Positions 29,108 through 43,005 are shown, counted from the first letter of the stretch. The stretch: 64,000 bases of DNA from Eledone cirrhosa (GCA_964016885.1 OZ024748.1:32736001-32800000); one strand, 5' to 3'. Notes: a model not told the origin generated them from the letters alone. Made by a program: numbers and translations.

Positions 29108-29903
29108 ATCTAGAGCATCCCCTTTACCCTTGTAGTACTTAAGGATGCTGCTGCTACACCAGTCCTTTGGTATGACGCCATTCTGTATTACTTGGTATAC
29201 TATCTGGGTGACCATAGTATGTCCCACCATTCCAGATGCTTTCAACATCTTAGCAACTATCTCCGAAGGCCCAGCTGCCATGCCTGTCTTCGCATCTTTG
29301 AATGCTTTACTTATTATACTACCTTTAACTTGCACTGCTAGTTCCTCTATTGGATCGATTTGGGGCAGACTATCTTTTCCCCATTTATTCTCCTCATTTA
29401 GTAGCCTCTCATAGTGACACTTCCAAGCTATCTTCTTATCAGTATCAGTGAGGGCAAGTCCACCGTTATCATTATGGACTCACTTCTCCCCGACAATATC
29501 ACGATTTTATTTGACACATTATCTAGCAATCCTGAACACTTCATGGTTTTGGTCCTCTTGTTGTAGAACATGCTTGATCTTTCTATCCTCTGCTTCCCTT
29601 CTTGTAAGGTACACTTGTCTCCTAGCTTCCATCCTGGCCACTTGATAGTGCTCTCTACTATCCCCATCCTGCCATACTTTCCAAGACTGCTTTTTGGCCT
29701 TGATTGACTCCTCCACCTTACTGTTCCACCATCAAGTTACTCTCCTCCTGCCTATAGGTCTGCTCCAGCCACAGATTTCATCCGTCGCTTTCAGCAGGTT
29801 CACTTTCAAGAATTTCCACTGTTCCTCTATATTGTACGTCTCTAATTGCTCTTCCTTACCGGCTGTGGGGTCCTTCAACTTCCATATTCTTCTCCTCAAG
29901 GTA
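29108..29903 (-). mobile_element. RTE LINE fragment, upstream half of the interrupted copy
   Basis: WKLKDP, DEICGWSR, ARRQVY, AAGPSEIVAKMLKASG, IPKDWCSS..YKGKGDALD. Confidence 0.88.
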
Positions 29904-29981
29904 GTATTTTGTTTTATGTTCATTGTTCATCACACACAAACATATAATTGATATTCTCTATCGAATTATTGATGAAATTGT

Positions 29982-30812
29982 TAGTGACACAACTACAAGA
30001 GAAGTTCCTAGCCAAGTTCCTAGTCATTTAGCTTTTGTAGATCTAGAAAAGGCCTTTGACAGAGTACCTCACTCTGTTATCTGGTAGTCCTTCAGAAATT
30101 TAGGTGGAGAATGGCTTGTGAGAGCAGTGCAAGCCATGTACAGAGGAGCTGTCAGTAAAGTGAGAGTAGGAAGGGAGTTTAGTGAGGAATTCAATGTACA
30201 GGTAAGTGTTCATCATGGTTCAGTTCACAATCCACTGCTGTTCATCATAGTTCTCCAGGTCATAACTAATTGGTTTAAGACTGGTTGGTCACGGGAAATA
30301 GTCTATGTGAATGATCTGGTCCTTATAGCTGACTCCATAAAAGAACTAGAGAATAAGTGACCCTACTGCATATGTAGGAAAGGAGTAGGCATAAATTGTA
30401 CACAATGATAGCTTCCGCTATCTAGGTGGAGAGAAATGGAGCGACCATGCTTCGTTGGATGTGCAACGTAAATGTGAGAGGAAGTCAGAGCTTGGATAAA
30501 TTGAGGAAGAAATTGGACTTCAGAGGAAACCGAAGTGGTGTGCAAGAGAGAAGACTGCTTTGGTACGGATATGTGATATGCATGGATGATGATCACTGGT
30601 TAAAGAAGTGCCAGGGAATATTAGAGGAGTGAAGCCATTCTAGAGGTAGACCAAGGAAGACCAGGGTAGATGTGGTGAGAGCTGATCTCAAATTGCTGAG
30701 GCTCACAGAGGAGATGACGAAGGAACAAGCTAGTGGGGAGATGTTGTGCTTAAAAGGACCCATCCAACCCATGCCAGGATTGAAAAACGGACGTAAAACT
30801 ATGAGGATGATG
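29982..30812 (+). mobile_element. RTE LINE 3' part with internal deletions
   Basis: [48 protein letters not shown] tail. Confidence 0.85.
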
Positions 30813-31287
30813 TAGATGAAGTAAATTAAATCCAAACAGATTTGGACTAAAACGAACAAAACTTCCCTGAAACAACAACAAAGTACAGCTAAATATAAAA
30901 TATTAAATAGACGGAGGTAATTAAATAATAAAGACAGTCATGATAACAATATATTTTATTTCACATGTAACAGTGGAATCTGGTTAATTACTGGATCGTT
31001 GTAGGGTTCACATAATTATATTATTTACACACATTAATATAGACATTAATTAAATCTTTGTCAACTTACCTCCTCCATATATAATCAATGTGTTGTGTTG
31101 TTAGGTTTTACTAAACAACTAAAAAAATAATCTCTTTGTTATGAAATTAGAAGTTTCAAAGATGTTATCAGCTTTATTTCTTGACATTAACATTGGTGTA
31201 TCTTCTTCATCTCTAGTCATAAATTGATATCTTGTCAGAATGAAGTAGTGAGGCTGACTTTATGTCTTTAGCTACAGATTTGATAGG

Positions 31288-31318
<31 letters not shown>

Positions 31319-31322
<4 letters not shown>

Positions 31323-32060
31323 ATATTTAGAAACACACAGATACATGCGGACACACACATATACATGAATGCATCCACATCCAACCGTGAGTTAATGGTG
31401 CCAACCTTACCGATGTTGCTCAATGAATGACTGGGACAGACCAATCCGGTTGAACTAGACTGAACCAGTATCAGAGTTAAAAATACATTATGAAGAGAGA
31501 AGGAACATTTAAATATAATTAGTAATAAAATGAATCATACCTAAACTGCTCCTAGATTCCTCGACTACGTAGTTTCGTGGCATAAACAAAAACAGTACAT
31601 CATAAAGATATAGAGCCCTTGCGAGGTCTGCCGACTTATCAAGAGGATACCTCATTTTACTAGCTTCAAGAACGCGTCTACACGACGTGAGAAAGAATCC
31701 CAAAAGGCGGAGGGGGAGATAGTCACGCGATATAACGGTCGAGAAACAGAGCTAAGCCTCTTATAACCCCGAAGAAAATACCACGGAGGCGGAGGGGATA
31801 TTCATATCGAAGCCGTAGAAGAGGTGGTAAAGGAGGAGAGGAGTATGAGTAATGGCAGCTTTCCAGCAGTCACCACACTTCAAAGATTACTCGACCAGAG
31901 GGAGTTATGAACAATATATTTAGAAACACACAGATACATGCGGACACACACATATACATGAATGCATCCACATCCAACCGTGAGTTAATGGTGCCAACCT
32001 TACCGATGTTGCTCAATGAATGACTGGGACAGACCAATCCGCTTGAACTAGACTGAACCA

Positions 32061-32064
<4 letters not shown>
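31319..32064. repeat. 153-bp direct repeats (31319-31471, 31912-32064), period 593 bp
   Basis: Near-identical copies, one visible substitution; whole unit embedded in (TA)n. Confidence 0.85.
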
Positions 32065-32145
<81 letters not shown>

Positions 32146-32146
<1 letters not shown>

Positions 32147-34313
32147 CTTTAACTTTGAATAACTTTGAAATGTTTTGGCCAGTATTGGCCCAGGCCATGT
32201 CTAACTTAATAGCACCACCTGGCGAAGTCTTTCAATTCAGGATTTTGGCACCATGGCCCATTCGAGAAGAGAATTACTGTTTGCGGAGACATATCCGGGT
32301 GTGGGTGGTTTGTCCGGGATTACTTGGAGGAATTTGTCCAAAGACTTCTTGAATTTTATGTGGTCAGTTTCTGTTTTGACGTGTCCTGGTGTGATGTTGA
32401 AGAGAGCAGGGCCGATTGAGGTGAAATAATTGTGCCGTATTGTTGTTATGAGTTGCGATTTAGATTTTTGAATGGGACGGATAGCACGGGGCCCAAGCCT
32501 TGGGTGTATCTTGAAGGCGATGCCAACATCATTTGGGCAGTGATGATGGAACATTTTCCACATCATGCAGATAATATAACGCTCACGGCGACGTTGGAGT
32601 GAGTAAAGTTTCAGGTTTTCTAATCGACCCCAGTAGTCAAGGTCTGACATGCCATCTATCTTTTTCGTGATTGCCCTTTGAGGAGCTTCAAGTTTCATGA
32701 TACTTTGTTTCGTGTGGGGAGACCACAGTGGACAACAGTATTCAAGGTGTGGTCGGGCAAAAGTAGAGAAGAGAAGGATAATGGTGTGGGAATCTCTCGA
32801 CTGGAAGGTTCTGAGGATCCAGGAACACATTCTGCGGGCCATGTCAACTTTGCTGCTTATATGCGTGGTCCAGCTTATGTTGCTGTCCACGGTTACTCCC
32901 AAGTCTCTGATGTTGTTAGATGCCACGAGAGTTTCCCCGGAGGGAAGGGAGTACGGGAGTTTCAGAGCATCCTCTTTTCCAAAGTGGATCAGTTCGAATT
33001 TGTCTTCGTTCAGTAACATGTTGTTCTTTTCCGCCCATTGGGTAACAGCCAGTAGGTCTGACTGAAGGCTTATCCGGTCATCCACGCCATTGATGACCTT
33101 TTGGAGCTTGGAATCATCAGCGAAAATTTTAATGTTGCTGTGTTTGATGATGTCAGTGATGTCATTAATATAGATGATGAAGAGAAGTGGGCCCAACACA
33201 GTGCCTTGTGGGACCCCACTACTGACTTTGGCTGGGCTGGATTTGACTCCCTCAACTACAACATGTTGGGTTCTGTTTGACAGGAAGCTCTTGATCCACT
33301 GCAGCAGCTTTCCAGTGACACCAATATTGGACAGCTTTCTCAGTAGAATGTTATGATCAACCCTATCAAAGGCCTTGCTGAAATCAAGGTAGATAACATC
33401 AGTGTTGGAACCCTCTCCCAAGGCTCTCAAAATGTCATCAAAGTGATGCAGTAGCTGCGTCAGGCAATCCCTTCCATTACGGAATCCATGCTGGTTGGAG
33501 TTCAGCATATTGTTACTCTCAAGGAAGTGGGTCATTCGCGATCTCACCACTCTCTCAAATACCTTAATGATATGAGAGGTGAGTGAGATTGGACGGTAAT
33601 TCACGGCAAGGGATTTGTTTCCCTTTTTGAAAACTGGGACAACAGACTGGGATAGAAGGTTTTCTGGCACATATCCAGCATCCAGTGAGTTCCGCCACAG
33701 ATTGGCAAGAGGAGATGCAAGTTGGTGTTGACACGCCTTCAAGACACAAGCAGGGAACCTATCGGGACCTACTGCTGAATTATGCTTGATTTCCTTTATT
33801 GCCGCCAAGACATCAGGGGCGCCAAACGTTATGTCCGATAAGGTGTAATGGGGAGTAACATCGCCGATACAGCCCAGATAGGCCATATCAGGATTGCTGA
33901 AAACAGAGCAGTATTGTTTCTGCAGTATCTCACCCATGGTTTTAGCATTGTCTTGAAGAGTGCCATTTTCATCAATTAGAGGGCCAACAGTAGAGCCAGT
34001 GATTTTGTGTTTTTTTGCAAATGAAAAGAACACTTTGGGATTGAGTTTGATCTTCTCAATGGCCCAGGCCTCTTCAGCTCTTCTCTGATTGTTGATGAGG
34101 GACATTATGTTGTTTTGGAGGTTATGTTTTTTAATCTCTAGTGATGAAATGGCAGTCAAGTTGATGTGTTGCTGCTGACAGTATTTCAGCTTGTTGATTT
34201 TTTTGTTCGTTCTCTTAATTTTTCTGATGAGCGTTTTTCTATTTCTAGGGATTCTGCTCTTAGATTTGTTTATAGTTCTTAATGGGGTGTGTTTAGCACA
34301 TATGTTTGTAACA
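32146..34313 (-). mobile_element. CR1-group LINE, 5'-truncated, RT domain uninterrupted (about 690 codons, stop at 32237)
   Basis: [65 protein letters not shown]...WSP; short 3' UTR with ttcaaagtt repeats. Confidence 0.92.
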
Positions 34314-34348
34314 ATGTATGTATATATATATATATATGTATATATATG

Positions 34349-34382
<34 letters not shown>

Positions 34383-34500
34383 TATGTATATGTATGTATA
34401 TATATATATATGTATGTATATATATATGTATGTATATATATATATATATATATGTATGTATATATATATGTATATATATATGTATATATATATATGTATG

Positions 34501-34946
<446 letters not shown>

Positions 34947-35254
34947 TAAACACAGTGAAGGAGGCAGAGTCTGGGTCAAGTCTGGCCATAGTTGGCCCCA
35001 TTGTGCTTTGGTCCGGTGAGGACTGTTGGGTATTTTACAGCTGGAGGCCCCTCCTAACACAAACCACACAAAGCAGGGATATAAATAAAGGGAGACTTTA
35101 CATTGATGATGAGCGAAAGTATAGGGTCAGAGAAATCTGACAGTTTGTCACCCTAAACAGGACATCAGGTAATACATGGTTACATAGTTGAGAAAGGATC
35201 TGGCTTTCTAGAGAGAGAGGAAGAGAAAGTGTGTGAGAGAGAGAAGAAGAAGAA

Positions 35255-35560
35255 GCTTTACCTCACATAATATCTTACATAACATTTACATTATTCTATA
35301 TATACTATTGTATTTTCACAGTAAAGGCTTTACCTCACATAATATCTCACATAACATTTACATTACTCTATATATACTATTGTATTTTCACAGTAAAGAC
35401 TTTGCCTCACATAATATCTCACATAACATATACATTACTCTATATACTATTGTTTTTTCACAGTAAAGGCTTTACCTCACATTATATCTCACATAACATT
35501 TACATTACAATATATATACTATTGTATTTTCACAGTAAAGGCTATACCTTACATAATATC
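35255..35560. repeat. 72-bp minisatellite, about 4.3 copies, inside a piggyBac-like end (terminus at 35699)
   Basis: Units start 35255, 35327, 35399, 35469, 35541; a single-unit version is at 13645-13715. Confidence 0.85.
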
Positions 35561-36010
35561 GAATCTATGAGATTTTGAAAGTATTTATTTTGAGAACAAT
35601 ACCATAACATCTGTTTGAGTGGCCAGATACAGCCTGTTTCAACAGAAAGAGGTAGAGAAGTCTGGCCGGTTTTGGCCAGTTTGTACATTAAAGGGTTAAT
35701 AGGCTGATAGGACAATAGTTCCCACAATCAGGTCTGCTACCTTTTTTGTACAAATATCAATGCTTTCTTGAACATGTCTGGCCTTTTTTCCTGTAGTGAT
35801 AAAACAGTTAAAAAGATGTTGAAGTACTTTGATAATTGGTTCACCTCCAGCTTTGATGGATATGTACTTACCTGTGAGAGGATTGTTGGTGTTGAGGTAG
35901 TCCAACATATGAAGGAGACACTGTTCTGAGTCTTGTTGTCCAATACAGAGATTCTGTGGAAGAGAGAGGAATCACCAACAAATTCTTGCTTGATATAAAT
36001 ATATATATAT

Positions 36011-36360
36011 GGAGGCACATGGCTTAGTGGTTAGAGCATTGGCCTTGCAATCGAAAAGTTGTGTGTTCAATTCTTAGACCGGGTGATGTGTTGTTTCCTT
36101 GAACAAGAAACTTTATTTCACAATGCTCCAGTTTACTCAGGTGTAGAAATGAGATGATAGGACAGGGGTCCATATCATTCCACTCCAAAGTCGTCGTGTA
36201 GGCACCACGGCAAAAAAGCACCCAGCACTCACTGTAAATGAGGTTGGTGTTAGGATGGGCATCCAGCTGTAGAAATCAAGCCAGAATCCGTTCCCGTCCC
36301 ACCCTTACAAGCAGGGAAAAGCGGACGTAAAATGATGATGATGATGATGATGATGATGAT
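36011..36360 (+). mobile_element. tRNA-derived SINE family A, full length with (GAT)n tail
   Basis: Colinear with 34616-34946; ends gcggacgtaaaatgatgatgat. Confidence 0.88.
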
Positions 36361-36504
36361 ATATATATACATATATATATATATATTTGTATGTATGTAG
36401 ACCACCTGTGACCCGTTGGGTAACGTTCACCTCAAAATAATGTGAAACTGGAAGGCCCATATATATATACGTGTGTGTGTATATATATATAAATTCTAAT
36501 AATA

Positions 36505-37142
36505 CAGTTGTGTTTTTGATCTTGGCAAAGGTTTTTCTCATCGGAAAAGAACCAGATTGTTTGTGCTTCAGCAGGATGTTTCACTTTGCTCAGAAGTTTC
36601 TTCGCCTTTGTCAGACGATTTTCGCGGGCCTTTTCTGTGAGAAGTTGACCTCTGCGACGCTTGTATGTGTAGTAGCGAAGGTCTTCATTGAGTGCAATTT
36701 TCATAGTAGAGGCTGAAACATTCAATTCACGCGACAAAGATCGAATTCCGATGCCAGGGTCCTCCAACACTTTTTTATGCAGATTTTCGATGAATTCTGC
36801 TGTGCGAGAGCAATCAGATCTTCTGTTATGTTTCTTTCTTCTAGCCACAGCCTCGTAGTCTCCATTGCAATTCTCCAGTTCATGCCGGATTGTTTTTACA
36901 GTGTTCAGGGAGCATTGAGCAGCGACCATAATCTCCTTATTTTGATGGCCGGCGCGAATCATCATGATACAAGTTATTCTCTTCCATGATTCAGGTGGCT
37001 CCCAGTCATCCATTCTCGTTGTCATCACATATATGAATGAAGGAGGGTTTAAACTTTCAAATAAAGCCTAGTGGGCATGAATGAATTTAAAACATCTGAA
37101 AAGACAACCAAATATTATTCTGTCAAATTTATCCCGAACACC

Positions 37143-37145
<3 letters not shown>
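36505..37145 (-). mobile_element. Tc1/mariner transposon 5' half (maT/DD37D-like), truncated
   Basis: TA|CAGGGTGTTCGGGATAAATTTGACAG terminus; HTH region IRSLSRELNVSASTM..EDL and first catalytic motif WFFSDEK; rest of DDD domain missing. Confidence 0.8.
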
Positions 37146-37189
<44 letters not shown>

Positions 37190-37196
37190 AAAGATA

Positions 37197-37325
37197 AAAA
37201 AAAAGATGGTATGTTCACAGACACTCTATGAAGATCCGTAGACTAGAGAACTCAACAACGCTGGCCAATAAAATCTGGCAGCTTAAGAAGACAAACCAGG
37301 AATATGGGATTAGCTGGTCGAAATT
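37197..37325 (+). mobile_element. Penelope-like (Naiad-type) GIY-YIG micro-fragment
   Basis: KKRWYVHRHSMKIRRLENSTTLANKIWQLKKTNQEYGISWS aligns with FKQRIYTHTHSF..TSLSDYIWSLKD...YKLHW. Confidence 0.6.
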
Positions 37326-37561
37326 TAATGCCTGCTCACCTCCACATCTTGTGTATATAACATAGCCATTTGTTTCTCTATATATGCCTGTATCTACCGT
37401 TCTTTCATAAACCAGTTCCTAGATAATGATCACAACACCGTCATCCTGAAATACCACATCCACCAGATGCCGAAGAATGCACACGTCATGTTAAAAGCTG
37501 GTCAAATCAAATACGATCAAGTCCTCATGAAAAGTCTGTTGCACAAGGTAAGTAGTATGTG

Positions 37562-37593
<32 letters not shown>

Positions 37594-37615
37594 AGGGTGT
37601 GTATATATATATATA

Positions 37616-37694
<79 letters not shown>

Positions 37695-38050
37695 ATATAT
37701 ATATATATGTGTGTGTATATATATAGTTAGAGAGGTGTGTATATCATACACCTACGGTAGTAGGTGTATAATATTCTTAAGGTCCCATTTCGGTCACACG
37801 CGACACCTTCAAAGCTTTGTCACTAATTCAATTTTTGATAGAATTGGATGCGGATTTTTGCACTTTATAGGACCACAGATAAGCTACTTTTTGACATAAA
37901 AATATTGAAATTTGGTTCAGTAGAAAAAAAGTTACATAAAAATAAGTGAGGACCAAAAGAGTGTAAGGAACTACATACATAAGTAACGCTTAGTTTGTTT
38001 CTAATTTCTAATACATTAAAATAGTGATAGATTGTGCAATAGTGAATTGT

Positions 38051-38123
38051 GGTCAGGTAGCTCAGTCGGTAGAGCAGCGGACCGGCAATCCGAAGGTCGT
38101 GGGTTCGATTCCCACCCTGATTA
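38051..38123 (+). tRNA. tRNA-like gene or pseudogene, anticodon GGC (nominally Ala)
   Basis: 73-nt cloverleaf: acceptor GGTCAGG/CCTGATT (2 G.U), D arm GCTC/GAGC, anticodon stem CGGA/TCCG with loop CCGGCAA, T arm GTGGG-TTCGATT-CCCAC, TTTT 2 nt downstream. Confidence 0.65.
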
Positions 38124-38236
38124 CTTTTCCCATCTGCACTTCTTCCTATTCATTATTATTTAACTTATTTGTTGATAAATATTTTTATTAATATTTAATA
38201 TAATATCCTTGCATTGCCTGGAAAAAAAGTGGATTA

Positions 38237-39512
38237 CAGGGAAAAATGCGGGCGCATGTAAAGAAATATTCTTAAATTAATAAACCTAGAAAAGTAAAGG
38301 ACAAGTTATTTACACCTGGAAAAGTAAAGGACAAGAAAACTTCTTCTTAAAACTTCTTAAAATATTGCAGCTAAAGTCTAAATTTGAAAAAAAATATTTA
38401 GATTATAAAACTAAAAATAAATAATTATAAGTTAATTGTTAAAAAAATATCACTTTAAAGGACTGGAAAAATGACTGTCTTATAGGGAGAGTTGACTACT
38501 GTATACTTAATTTTTTTCTTGGTGTATACAAATTAATCTTTTTAAAATAAAATTTGTACAATAATTTGTACAATAATTAATTAATAATAATAATAATTAA
38601 TATGTACAATTTATTAATTTATGTTATAAGATATTTAAAAATGTTCACTCTTAATCAAATTATATTTTTAAAAATTTAGTTATAAAATAATGCAGTAAAA
38701 TAAATCAAAAACAGTGCATCATATAATTGCACTTTTTATGAGTATTACAGATTTTTTTAAAATATAGTAAAATTCAACATCTCAAGGGGCAAAATTAGGT
38801 AAAAGTCAATTCATCAATTATTCATTTATAGTGAATCAATCAATTATAGTGAATTCATCAATTCATTAGATGAACTGTTGAATTAGACAATGTTTAATTT
38901 TTAATTTTAGTCTAATTTTACTCTACCTAAAAATGTAGATTGGTTATTTTGATCTCTGACAGGTCTTAAATTTCATTATTAAACAATTATAATTTGTTAT
39001 TATTAATCATTACAGTTGGCTCCCTAATTAATTATTAATTAATTGTTAGTGTCATTTACACGCCAAAATTTTGTTTTATTTGATGTTTATAATTGTTACT
39101 CATTTTTTCAGTCCCATTTAGTAAAGTAAAATAAAGTATATTTATTTAATGACCCAACCACTATGGTGTAAATTAGGATCACAAAATTAAATAAATGATC
39201 ATAAATTAGTATTATTATCAATTAGAGAATAAAGTACCAGTAATGCACTGGGTAATTGCTGGCCTTGTGCCTAAAGTAGAAACAATTATCAATTAGAGAG
39301 TCAACTGTATTATTAGAATTTATCACTTTCTATGTATATTTAAATCAAATATTTTTTATTATTCAAATTTATACTATAGCTGCAATATTTTAAGAAGTTT
39401 TAAGAAGAAGTTTTCTTGTCCTTTACTTTTCCAGGTGTAATAACTTGTCCTTTACTTTTCTAGGTTTATTAATTTAAGAATATTTCTTTACATGCGCCCG
39501 CATTTTTCCCTG
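38237..39512. mobile_element. Non-autonomous TIR element or MITE (Tc1/mariner-type ends)
   Basis: About 137-bp TIRs (38237-38373, 39377-39512) starting CAGGGAAAAATGCGGGCGC, flanked by TA; AT-rich non-coding interior with a SINE B fragment (~39229-39290). Confidence 0.8.
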
Positions 39513-39522
39513 TAATAATAAA

Positions 39523-39702
39523 TAATTGTTTCTACTATTGGCACAAGGCCAGCAATTACCAGTGTATTACTGGTACTATATTTTATCGACCCCGTAAGGA
39601 TGAAAGGCAAAGTTAACCTCGGTGGGATCTTAACTCAGAATGGCAAGGGCCGTAATTCTATGCGTCAAAGCATGGCGTCCGACCCTCTATCGACACTGCC
39701 AA
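39523..39702 (-). mobile_element. SINE family B, near full length
   Basis: Reverse complement colinear with 18268-18452 and 63805-63978. Confidence 0.8.
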
Positions 39703-39986
39703 TTCACCATAATAAATAATGTGTATAATCTACGCCTAATCTTGATTAAAACTTCTACTTTGTAGCTTACAACTGTAGCTGGCATCTGTGATGTTGACAA
39801 GAATGTAGTAGTCAATATAGGGTGCATGATAGAGAGTAGCATTGAGGAAGGGGAAAATACATAATGAAAAACACACCAATATATATATAGTATACATATA
39901 TAAAAGGTAAACAGAAATAACAACAAAATCGGTACAGTATATGGAAGGGATATATTAGGTTAACGATTGATAAAGCAGGAAGAGGG

Positions 39987-40022
39987 TCTTAACGTTTCCG
40001 ACGCTAGTCCTTCATCAGAAGA
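39987..40022 (-). ncRNA. Minimal hammerhead motif, family F
   Basis: UCUU-CUGAUGA-AG-GAC(UAGC)GUC-G-GAAA-CGUU-AAGA; palindromic AACGUU stem III can only form in a dimer. Confidence 0.5.
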
Positions 40023-40140
40023 AAGAATGAAAAATAATAGATTAAGGGGACGGGTGGGCTGGAATTGGAAAAAATGTCTTTAGATAATAGGTCCATTCAT
40101 AGATAATAGGTCCATTCATGTTGACATCTCTTGCAAAAGT

Positions 40141-40219
<79 letters not shown>

Positions 40220-40272
40220 TATATATATCAATGATATTAATAAATGGAAACTAGATTTATAAAACCCATATT

Positions 40273-40324
40273 TATTCTATTATATATATTTCAAAACTTT
40301 GGTACGCTCTCATCAGATAAAATA
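40273..40324 (-). ncRNA. Hammerhead family A with stem II deletion (downstream of ZNF3, same strand)
   Basis: Paralog of 18526-18586; cores and stem I intact, 3' arm of stem II largely deleted. Confidence 0.5.
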
Positions 40325-40467
40325 AAAAAGTTGTTTTATAAATAGTGACATACCCAGGAATGATACCTTAACGGTTCTAGTTTCTCCTGGATAGTGAAAG
40401 GAAAGAGAGAAAAATAGAAGAAAGGAAAAAACAAATATTTCAAATTATTTTGATGAATATGAAGATG

Positions 40468-41402
<935 letters not shown>

Positions 41403-41843
41403 TTAACAGTGATATGATTTCTCTCCTGTATGGGTACGTTTGTGTCTAGTTAAGGTGTTACTATGAGAGAATGATTTACCACAGATATCACAGTGATATG
41501 GCTTGTCTCCTGTCTGGGTACGTTTGTGACTAGTTAAGGAACTACTTACATAGAATGATATACCACAGATATCACAGTGATATGATTTCTCTCCTGTGTG
41601 CATACGTTTGAGTTTAGTTAAGGTACTACCATCATAAAATGATTTACCACAGATATCACAATATGGCTCCTCTCCTGTATGTATAACTTTGTGAGTAGTT
41701 AAGGTACTATGTTTATTGAATGATTTACCACAGATATCAGAGTGATATGGCTTCTCTTCTCTAACCTTTGTCATTTCACCAGGAATACTAAACACTTTAG
41801 ATTGTGTTTCACATTTAATCTTCTCAGTCAACATATTTTCCAT
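41403..41843 (-). CDS. C2H2 zinc-finger protein, paralog 3 (open part; nonsense-truncated)
   Basis: [42 protein letters not shown]...; shares the one-residue-short PYCDICGK finger with paralog 2. Confidence 0.65.
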   Translation of the reverse strand: MENMLTEKIKCETQSKVFSIPGEMTKVREEKPYHSDICGKSFNKHSTLTTHKVIHTGEEPYCDICGKSFYDGSTLTKLKRMHTGEKSYHCDICGISFYVSSSLTSHKRTQTGDKPYHCDICGKSFSHSNTLTRHKRTHTGEKSYHC

Positions 41844-42419
41844 GAGTTTTTCTTCGACAGAATATACAAATGTTTTACTTGTAATATTTCTTATATTATA
41901 TTCATAAAACTATTTCTTCTTCTTTGTTTCCCTGAACTGTGATTTCAGTTTAATATCTGAAGATAATATAAACTAATGTTTCACCCAAGTTTAGTTAAAA
42001 TACAAAATCATCTCACAGTGAAGAAAATAAACTCAGTTCTGAGGAAATATTTCACAGTAACTGAACTATAGATTTATATAAACAGTGTTATATAATTTCT
42101 GTTTAGAGTGTTTTAGTCTTAAAATTATGATAAATAGAGGTGATGTATCCAAGATTGAAAATAATAATTTATTCCACTGTCATCTGGTATTCTGAAATGA
42201 AATAGAAACAGTGTGAGATAATACAGAATACTTTAGAAGCAGAGATAGATTTAACAGTGGAAATTTTATATTTCTATATTGATAAACTGTAGATATAAAC
42301 TTTCCGGTCCAGAGTAATTCTCTCCAATGTAAGCAGTGGTATTCAAGCAAGCTCTGTAAAGTTTACCCTTCTATCTCTATGGCAGTTAAGCGAAAAATTC
42401 ATTCTGATAGCACTTTCAC

Positions 42420-42655
42420 CTAAGCAATAAAAAAGTTGAATTTTCTTTCCTCACGGTATGAAGAAGAGACTGACTAATTCATAGTTACAATTTCAAGGAA
42501 ATCGGTCTGACGTAACGCCTCAAAAAACCCCTAAAAACATGAAAAAACGCAGTTTTTCACCTTTTATGTGCATAACAGTCCCTGAAATATAAGTAATACA
42601 CATGTAAAGTTTGAAAAAGGTCGGTTGGGTATTTCTCGAGTTTTAGGGATTCAAG

Positions 42656-42704
<49 letters not shown>

Positions 42705-43005
42705 CCTCAGGTAAGTGACGTATTGCAGGCAGCCAGACCTACAGACAGATATTATAAGGGCACGACGTTATATGTATGTATCTATCTAAAAAGAGAAAGA
42801 CTAATAATTATAGAGAGAGATCACTAAATCGCCTAATGCGGTCCCTAAGGCATTGAAAATTTGAAATTTTCTTTCCTCAGAACACTCCCTGAAACATAAG
42901 TATTATATGTGTAACGTTTGAAAACAGTCGGTTGGGTGTTTCTAGAGTGTTAGGGATTCAAACACACACACACACAGGGACATCCTCAGTTTTATATATA
43001 TATAT
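42420..43005 (+). mobile_element. Possible Helitron/Helentron-type non-autonomous element 3' region
   Basis: Two internal repeats (~42578-42710, ~42885-42990), each ending in (CA)n + catcctcag, the last followed by ttttatatatat; interrupts the ZNF upstream homology. Confidence 0.35.
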
